A DNA stretch of 56,664 bases, the filler included, from Catajapyx aquilonaris (lineage: Eukaryota): NCBI GenBank assembly GCA_000934665.2. It is 4 parts of 4 records of this genome, joined end to end, with 100 filler letters (N's around TTAATTAATTAA, not from the genome) between each part and the next. Parts side by side here need not be neighbours in the genome. Positions count along the whole stretch, not along the records: positions 42,526 to 56,664 come from JYFJ02007927.1; 3 more parts are not named here. The stretch is one strand, 5' to 3'. This document shows, in pieces, positions 49,006 through 56,664 of the stretch. The notes beneath the pieces were generated by a model, which was given only the letters and a program-made list of their open reading frames with translations, was not told the origin of the DNA and made no database searches. Position numbers and translations under genes: made by a program. How positions within the stretch are numbered: the stretch's first letter is position 1; every line of letters starts with the position of its first letter.

Positions 49006-52000
49006 ATGGAGGGACGGAGGGGCTTGCTTCGTAACGTGGCACTCGGAGCGGTGAACAGGCCCAGAGGAAGGGGTCCACAGCACCAGAGGCCGCTGCATCC
49101 CGAAGCTGGCGTGGGTGTCATTGGAGATTACGGCCAGCAAGTGGGCTGGAACCCGCCTTTTGCACTACCTCTTGATCACCCGTTGTCCGACGCCCGATGG
49201 GGCCAGCCGTTTCCAGATGGCCAGCAGATCTATCAAGCCCAGTACATGCCCGCGGACAACAGCGAACAATACCTGTTGAACACAGAGGTGATACAGCCAC
49301 CTCAAGTGACCCTGTTGCGCCGCCATCCACCCGAAGGAGCCGCTGCTTCGGTGAGGCATACCGCAACATGCCTCTCAATATGTCTAATCCTGCGGATTTC
49401 TTGCAGAATGAGCCGATGCAATATTGGGCAGATCCACAGGATTCGTTTGCAGCTACTTACGACGCCGAGCCCATTCCGCAGTCGTTCTGTCCTAATCCGG
49501 ACGCACCTGATTTTGTTCCGACCAGTTCCGCCAAGCCAAAAGGTGCACCGAATCCCGACGCGCCTCCGTTTGTACCTGCTGCTTCCGTAGTCGCAGGAGC
49601 CAGCCCTAATCCCGAGGCACCTCCGTTTGTTCCTAGTGCCAAATCAGCTATTGTGTCCTCAGACGACACATTAGCGTTGCAAGTGGAGGCGCTGAGGCTG
49701 CAGGTCGAGCAAGCGGCATGGTCTACAGAGGACGAAGGTGCCGTCGGAGGAATCACCGCTGAATCAGTAATTGCGGATAGAAAAGCCCATCCCCGAGTGA
49801 AACATCCGTGGACGGACTCCAACAAGGGCACTTCCATAAGGCTGAAGCCTCGAAAGGAAAGGGATTTCGACTGGTCCGACACCAGTGAGAAGCAGGACGG
49901 ACAGCTCTGGCCGGCTGAAGGACTACCGCTTCTTCCCCAGCTCCCCACGCCTGGCCTGGGATCCTGCGGGAGACCAGTTGAAGTCCTGTTGAACTACTTC
50001 GACATTGAGCAAAAGGAAGCTTTTAGGATCTATCTATACCAAGTCACAATCACGCCGGACGAAGAGGAACCGATATTCCGCAAAGGGCTTCTCCGCTCGA
50101 TGAGCCACGTCATGGAGGAGAAGCTCGGAAAGTACATTTTCGACGGCTCGGTGCTTTACGCGGCAAGGAGAGTAGAAGAGGTCAGTAAACGAGTTGTAAC
50201 CCGCACAATTATACTCATCATAATTTTTTCGCCGCAGCCCATCATCATCAAGTCGAAGCGGAATTCGGACAGCATACTCATGACAGTTGAAGTCGAGGTC
50301 GTCAAAGTACTTGATCCATCTGATGCCTTGTACGTGCAGATAGTAGGGATATTGCTTCGCAGGTGCATGATACACAGAGATTATGATCAGCTTGGCCGCT
50401 ACTTCTACGACAGGAAGAAGAAGATCACCATGGAAAGAGAGCAGTTGGAGCTGTGGCCCGGATACATTACGTCTGTCCATCAACGCGACGCCGGACTGCT
50501 CCTGCGAGTGGACATGACCCACAAGGTTCTTCGCAGCTCGACTGTCGTTGATGTGATGAGCACCGCACGAGCCAAGGATCCGGTGCACTATCGGAAGCAC
50601 TGCGAGCAGTTCTTTAAAGGGACTGTCGTGATGACCCACTACAACCGCAGGACGTACTTGGTGATAGCAGTCGACTGGACGGTGACTCCGGCGTCCAAGT
50701 TTGATTACAAGGGAGTCCAAACAACATTCGTCGACTACTACAAGCATGTAAGTGCACTGGGGGCATTATGCGCATCGCCGACTAACTTGTTGGCATTTTT
50801 TTCAGCGGTACGACATCGATCTGAAGTATTCGCTGCAACCGCTCCTGGTGGTCACCAAGAAGCGGGGGAAGAAAGCCGTTGATGATGCCCAAGAGACTGT
50901 TTATCTCGTGCCCGAGCTTTCCTATCTGACCGGACTGACCACCGCGATGAGATCCGACTTCCGGCTGATGAAGGCCCTCTCGCACCACACCCACATGGGG
51001 CCGGCGCAGCGATTGTCCCAGATCGAGGAACTGTGCACCTCTCTTAACGACGACCACCAGGTGCAACGTGAGCTCAGCTACTGGGGGATCAGCATCAGAC
51101 CCGGAAGCATGCAGGTGAGCGCCCGGGTGCTGCAGCCGCTCCGGACGCTGTCCTGCAAACGAGGCAAGATCGATCCTGTTATCTACAGGGACTGGACTAA
51201 ATATTTGAGATGTAAGTATAGTTGACAACTTGCGAAAACTATTAATTAACTGTATTAATTTTCAGTCAGTCACATGTCCGCATGCGCTGTACTTAACAAC
51301 TGGGTGGTAATTACGTCGGCTGCCCATGAGCATGACACGCGCCAGTTCATACCTCGGCTGATTACCTCCGCCAGAGCGCTCGGATTTCATATTCCGCCTC
51401 CGAGACACACGTGAGTTGAATCTGAATATAACGGGAGTTTAAGTCGTTAACGACATTCTTTGCAGCGTTGTTCTGGATGACACCTCGGCTGGTTACCATG
51501 TGCACGTGATGCGTTCGATGTACCATGGCTTCATACGACCTGATGGGCCGGGTGGAAGCAGCCAGTCGCCTGGTCCCATCCAGCTGGTACTGGTCGTAAT
51601 GGATGGAGTGATTGACGATGTGTACGATGATATGAAGGTGCTGTGCAACACGGAGCTGTGCATCGCAAGCCAGATGGTCCTCGGGTGGCGGCTTAATCCG
51701 GGTAATAGGGGACTGGGATCTGTCGCCGTGAAAATGGCGATTCAGATCAACTGCAAGCTCGGAGGAGAGCCCTGGGCCGTCGAGCACCCTATAGAAAACG
51801 GGATGTTCGTCGGAGTTGACGTGTCGTTCGACTCGTTGGATCCCGCAACCACCGTGGGCTCGGTGGTGGCCAACTACAGCAACAACTGTAGCCGGTACTT
51901 CAGCCAAGCCAGCCGAGAAGGGGATGAGAATGATATGCCGCGGAACATCGGAAAAGCGGTGGCAGCCGCCGCAAAGCACTACGCTGACTCCAACCGCGGG

Positions 52001-52525
52001 CTATTGCCCAGCACCATATTCGTGTACCGCAACGGCGTGAGCGAAGGCCAGATCACCCGCACCATGTACAGGGAAGTCCAATGGGTCAAGTTTTACTTGG
52101 ACAAACTGTACAATTACCTGAGCGGCTTGGGCGACCTTTGCCCGTACAAGCTGGTGGCGATGGTGGTCAACCGGCAGTGTAACTCGCGGATCTTCTCAAC
52201 CGACGGCGGCAACCCGGCTGGCGGCACCATAGTCGACTCGGGCATAACGGCCCCTGGGAAATGCGACTTCCTGATTGCCTCCCAGGAGTCCCTCCAAGGC
52301 ACCGTCACCCCAGCGAACGTCTCCGTACTGTACAACGAGCGGAAAGTGCCGGCAGATGACATCCAGATTGCGACCTACATTCTCACCCACATGTACTTCA
52401 ACTGGTGCGGAAAGGTCAGGGTTCCATCTCCGTGCCAGTATTCAGAGAAGTTGACCACCCTGGTGGCCAACCACATGCACACGCTTCCTCACAAGTCAAT
52501 GAGCGACAGGCTCTACTTCCTGTAA
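49006..52525 (+). CDS. piwi: PIWI-clade Argonaute (Piwi/Aub-like), ~1079 aa; exons 49006-49350, 49407-50180, 50238-50747, 50806-51211, 51266-51410, 51466-52525
   Basis: N domain (GRPVEVLLNYF, YIFDGSVLY), L1 (LELWPGYITSV, DMTHKVLR), PAZ (VMTHYNRRTY..TFVDYY..QPLLV..YLVPEL..LTGL), MID (YDDMK, SQMV, QINCKLGG) and PIWI domain ending ..DRLYFL*. Five GT-AG introns of 56, 57, 58, 54 and 55 bp give a 3240-nt open frame. Confidence 0.93.
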
Positions 52526-52549
52526 AGGATGCAGTTGGAAGTGCGAATC

Positions 52550-53125
52550 ATGTTCAAACGATGTTAATTACGATGAGGCAAAAGTCGATGTTCCAACGAT
52601 GTTAATTACGATGAGGAAAAAGTCGATGTTCAAGCGATGTTAATTACGATGAGGAAAAAGTCGATGTTCCAACGATGTTAATTACGATCAGGAAAAAGTA
52701 GATGTTCAAGCGATGTTAATTACGATGAGGAAANTGGTGGCCAACCACATGCACATGCTTCCTCACAAGTCAATGAGCGACAGGCTCTACTTCCTGTAAA
52801 GGATGCAGTTGGAAGTGCGAATCATGTTCAAGCGATGTTAATTACGATGAGGCAAAAGTCGATGTTCAAACGATGTTAATTACGATGAGGCAAAAGTCGA
52901 TGTTCAAACGATGTTAATTACGATGAGGCAAAAGTCGATGTTCAAACGATGTTAATTACGATGAGGCAAAAGTCGATGTTCAAACGATGTTAATTACGAT
53001 GAGGCAAAAGTCGATGTTCAAACGATGTTAATTACGTTGAGGCAAAAGTCGATGTTCAAACGATGTTAATTACGTTGAGGCAAAAGTCGATGTTCAAACG
53101 ATGTTAATTACGTTGAGGCAAAAGT
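52550..53125 (+). repeat. 38-bp tandem repeat in the PIWI 3' region; two arrays (~5 and ~8 units) separated by an N and a duplicate of the CDS end
   Basis: Unit GATGTTCAAACGATGTTAATTACGATGAGGCAAAAGTC; 52735-52823 repeats 52461-52549. Confidence 0.92.
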
Positions 53126-54110
53126 ATTGACGGCTTAGTTTGACGTTACGTCAAAACGATGATTGTTGCGACATGTGGAGCCGCGTGAACCACTTGATGT
53201 ATAAATGTTGTGAAGCTCTTATGCAGTTCAAGAAATCATTTTTTTTAAAAAAAAAAAAAGGATGTAGTCCATTTTAATTGTATTATGAAAATTATGCTCG
53301 TTATGTACCATTTTAAGAGATGCTTCAATTAACTTACAATTAGTTACACTTGACATTTTTAGATGTTGTTGGAGTTTGACGGGTGTTTGTCACGCATGTT
53401 TTTTTTGCGTTGTTTTTGATGTGGTTTAACCGATGTAAGATTAACATGTAATGACGCAACAAAATTTTGTAATGATTGTTAAATCGATGCGGTATATGCA
53501 TTACCTGCATTTACGTGCCTGGAGAAGAATCAATATTATGTTTTAACTTGATGTATCATTGCTTCATATTAAAAGTGTCGAGTGTTTTTAATCGCTTTCA
53601 TAAATAATAATAAAAGTAATAAAAAGTGTTGCATAACTTAAAATTACAGCTCGTTCTTATTATTATTTTCTGTTACTCGTTATTCTTTCAGTAAAGATGA
53701 TGCTCGATTTGAATTTCATCGATCGTCATCTAGTGAGTTACATCCTTTGAACACTGCCAAATAATTTTAGCACTAAATGTTTAGTGTATTTCGCCAAATC
53801 CAGATGATTTTATGGCAATAAAATTGATTTTGATTTTTTTTTAAATAATGACTACAGATGCTTGCAATATTAAAGGGTAATTACTCTAATCATGCAAGTA
53901 CTGCATTTAATTAAATGGTGCAATTCCCTCTGGAAGCTGGACGAAATTGAGAGAGAGAGAAAAAAAATGCAATATTAATAATAATTGCGTGATATGCCTG
54001 AGGGCATAAAATGATGCTGTGATTTGTCCAGTGTACGTCTTTCCTTCGCTTCACTTAGGCGCAATTGTAGCATGTAACTGCCGCCATCGAACAAGACCCA
54101 ATTTGGAGCC

Positions 54111-54718
54111 ATGGAGGTATTAGATTCCACAAATTTCGGTGTTGTTTGAATGATGAACATGCAGATTTCATATGGATGATATGAATATTGCTCATAATTA
54201 TCTGCATAATTATATGAACATAATTTGCTCATAATATTCTGTATAATTATTTGAACATGATTGCAGGGTGAACCCAGGAAGACATGGCACTGGGACCTCC
54301 CACTGGAGATGAAGACAAAGGTCTTTTCATACCTTTTCAAAGCAGGATCTGATGAAGAGAGCTTCCTTAGTGTGCAAGGCATGGCAATACAGTTGGCTTT
54401 AGATCCGGCTCTTTGGCGCAGCGTTACCTTCTCAGGAGGGCGGATGACAGGTGACGTCGCCAGCAGCTTAAGTAGCTGAATGACGCAACTCGTTTCATTA
54501 ACTTGAGTTCCGTGGAACTCCGAGTCTGACGAGTTGCTTCGGAGAATCTCGGAATCGCTAACGGCGCTAGAGACGCTTAACGTTTGCATCGTAACCATTG
54601 AATCGAAAGACACTCTGGAGCTGGTCACCAGCAGGTATGTCATACGCACACATATCAATACATATGATCACATTTGAGGCATCCGCAGATGCGAGGCGCT
54701 GAAGGAACTGAACCTGGA
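54111..54718 (+). pseudogene. F-box/LRR (FBXL-like) pseudogene; exons 54111-54116, 54267-54634, 54689-~54718
   Basis: WDLPLEMKTKVFSYL / SKQDLMKRASLVCKAWQ / LALDPALWRSVTF forms an F-box only after two frameshifts. In-frame stops follow, then LRR-like LTALETLNV and RCEALKELNL, then a LINE junction. Confidence 0.75.
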
Positions 54719-56360
54719 CCACATTACAATCCCTGACGACTCCAGGAATCTTCTTTGGCTTAAACACAACACAAACAACGTCAGCCGAAGAATGTGCACA
54801 AACAGTTAGGAAAATGCTAAAAGACAAATTGAAAATAGAAAACGTCTTCATTGATCGAGCACACGTTTTGGGGCAAAGTATAAAGCCACCGATTATAGCT
54901 AAAATCCCGCAATCAGGTGATCGCACGCTGATATTTACAAATGCGCGCGCTGGCTAAAAGGAACCAACATGACGGTCTCACAGGACTATTCACAAAAGAC
55001 AAGATCGGTTAGGAAATTACTATGGCAAGCGAAAAAAGAACTTGGCCAGCAAGGAAGAAACTCACGCATGTTAAAAAATGAATTATTATATAAGGGGTCG
55101 TCCATAAACCACGTGACCGATTTTTGGCCACTTTTTGACCCCCCCCCCTCCCCCCCAGGACCAACCGTGGTATATCAGCAGACCCCCCCCCCTCCCCCCC
55201 AAAACGGTCACGTGGTATATGGACGACCCCTTACAGGCAGTGTCGCAGTGAATATCCCCCTTGGGCGAAAAAGAACGAGGAACCGGTTAAGACACGAGAA
55301 GCGNATTTCGAATTTTAGGTTATTTTGAACCCATGTGCATCTGCAAAAGCTCCCATATGTGCCAATTCACTGTGTTCAGAGATACCACGTGAATTTTCGC
55401 CGACCCCCCCCCCTCCCCCCAAAACGGTCACGTGGTTTATGGACGACCCCTAATGGTAAAGTATATGTGGTAGAAAACGAACAAGTAGTCGAAGCACAAA
55501 CAGGAACTCCGCTACTACAAATAGACATAATGGAACACGAAAATGCACACCACTTTTCAGAGGGAAATGCAAGCCAAATCCACCCAAGCCAATAGCAAAT
55601 AAAGTTACCAAATTCAAGACCACGGCCTCCTAATAAAAATAAGAAAAACACAAAGATAAATGCAAACCCTAAAGAGGGAGCCTTAAAGGTGTGGAACACA
55701 AGAGGAGGACAAATACCCAGAATGCTAGATATTATCTCTACGGAGCAAGAGGTCCCAATAGCCATTGCCTTTTTAGAAACTTGGAAATCTGGTGATTACA
55801 CCATGCCAAATCTACCAACCAAATACAAAAAGTTTCATCAGTACTCAATACCGGCGAGCAAAAAACATAAACTAGGACGAGGCTCGGGAGGTATATGGAT
55901 AGTCATAAACCCAAATTATTTAATCAAAAAAATAATTCTACAGAAGAACTATGCAATATTTAATTTAAAAATTGAGGGTCGTGGGTGACATGTTATTTCC
56001 CACCTAATATGAACATATCCATAACCTTGAAACAAATATCGGAAGACATTAATAAAGCCAATTTAGCACATCTACCAATGATAATAATGGGGGATATGAA
56101 CGCTAGAATAGGAGACTTTGAAAATAACACGCCACTAAACAATTCATATGTACAGAAAAGAGAATCGCCAGATAAAAAAATTAACAAAGGAGGAAAAATG
56201 TTAATAGAGTATATGCTGGATCATGATCTAACGCCGGTAAATGATGCAATACTGGGCAAATCAGGCTTCACGTATCTGAGTACATTAGGCGGCTGTAGTG
56301 TGATTGACCTAAGCTGTGTCTCAAATCAAGATGCACGGCAGTGCATCCGCCAAGTCTCAG
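54719..56360 (+). mobile_element. Decayed non-LTR retrotransposon (ORF1 remnant plus APE endonuclease of ORF2)
   Basis: ORF1-like IDRAHVLG..PIIAK..LKGTNMTVSQDYS..RKLL..NGKVY; endonuclease motifs WNTRG, FLETW, GRGSGG, IMGDMNARIG and FTY..GCSVID; frameshifted, with no RT domain in the window. Confidence 0.85.
55094..55450. mobile_element. PIF/Harbinger-like MITE inserted in LINE ORF1 (TAA TSD)
   Basis: TAA|GGGGTCGTCCATAAACCACGTGACC ... GGTCACGTGGTTTATGGACGACCCC|TAA; removal restores LLY-NGKVY. An extra right end at 55230 and an N at 55304 suggest local misassembly. Confidence 0.8.
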
Positions 56361-56619
56361 CCACTTCCACCGCCACTGACCCGCACTATAGCCCCTTCTC
56401 TCATTTACTCTTACGTCTCGCGCTGCCGTGTATCTTTACTGGAGCCAACTCGTACTCTACACTTCGGCATGTTCTAGTTCGGCACAGGAAAATGCTGCAA
56501 GTCTGAAATTTTAATACGACGATGGGGCACACCCGGGGACCATGGAAATAAATTGTCGTGAAAATTGGACCACTAGGTCCACAACAGGAGCGGGCCCAAA
56601 TTAGCGTTTTTTCTCCCCA

Positions 56620-56622
<3 letters not shown>

Positions 56623-56664
<42 letters not shown>
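56623..56664. repeat. (AT)n microsatellite at the contig end
   Basis: Direct observation. Confidence 0.95.

Noticed and set aside
49197..50882. 561-aa ORF taken as the PIWI N-terminal half
   Set aside because: It starts out of frame with true exon 1 and reads through introns; the spliced model starting at 49006 fits better.
52550..53125. 38-bp repeats resembling a CRISPR array
   Set aside because: Units are head-to-tail with no unique spacers, there are no cas genes, and the context is eukaryotic.
42526..56664. Contig 4 as a contaminant because of tiny introns and high CpG
   Set aside because: It shares a repeat family (48440-48982) with contig 2 (~19925-20100) and carries similar SINE/MITE types; not fully excluded without coverage data.

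Overview
Eukaryotic (arthropod, most likely insect) draft-assembly DNA. The window is four unrelated ~14-kb contigs (1-13981, 14082-28047, 28148-42425, 42526-56664) joined by an artificial 100-bp spacer (N44-TTAATTAATTAA-N44), so no linkage holds across the joins. Contig 1 has the last two exons of a divergent SMC6-like gene, the first coding exon of mRpL17, a decayed full-length mariner, and SINEs/MITEs. Contig 2 has a pgant1-type polypeptide GalNAc-transferase (minus strand) head-to-head with an SH3-WW-WW ARHGAP12/27-like gene. Contig 3 has no recognisable gene, only minisatellites and MITEs. Contig 4 has a multi-exon gene with two candidate alternative last exons (CENP-B/pogo HTH or THAP), a complete 6-exon PIWI gene, and an F-box/LRR pseudogene disrupted by a LINE. 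Most notable: (1) a PIWI protein with a degenerate slicer site (YRDG to YRNG, YAHK to YSEK) but intact PAZ/MID pockets and three tandem PAM2-like motifs in its N-terminus; (2) two tandem paralogous lectin alpha-repeat exons of different charge in pgant1; (3) a lola/mod(mdg4)-like gene that may swap transposon-derived DNA-binding domains; (4) an SMC6-like head with an altered ABC signature. All exon structures were built by eye from splice consensus and frame, and family calls come from recalled motifs, not searches.
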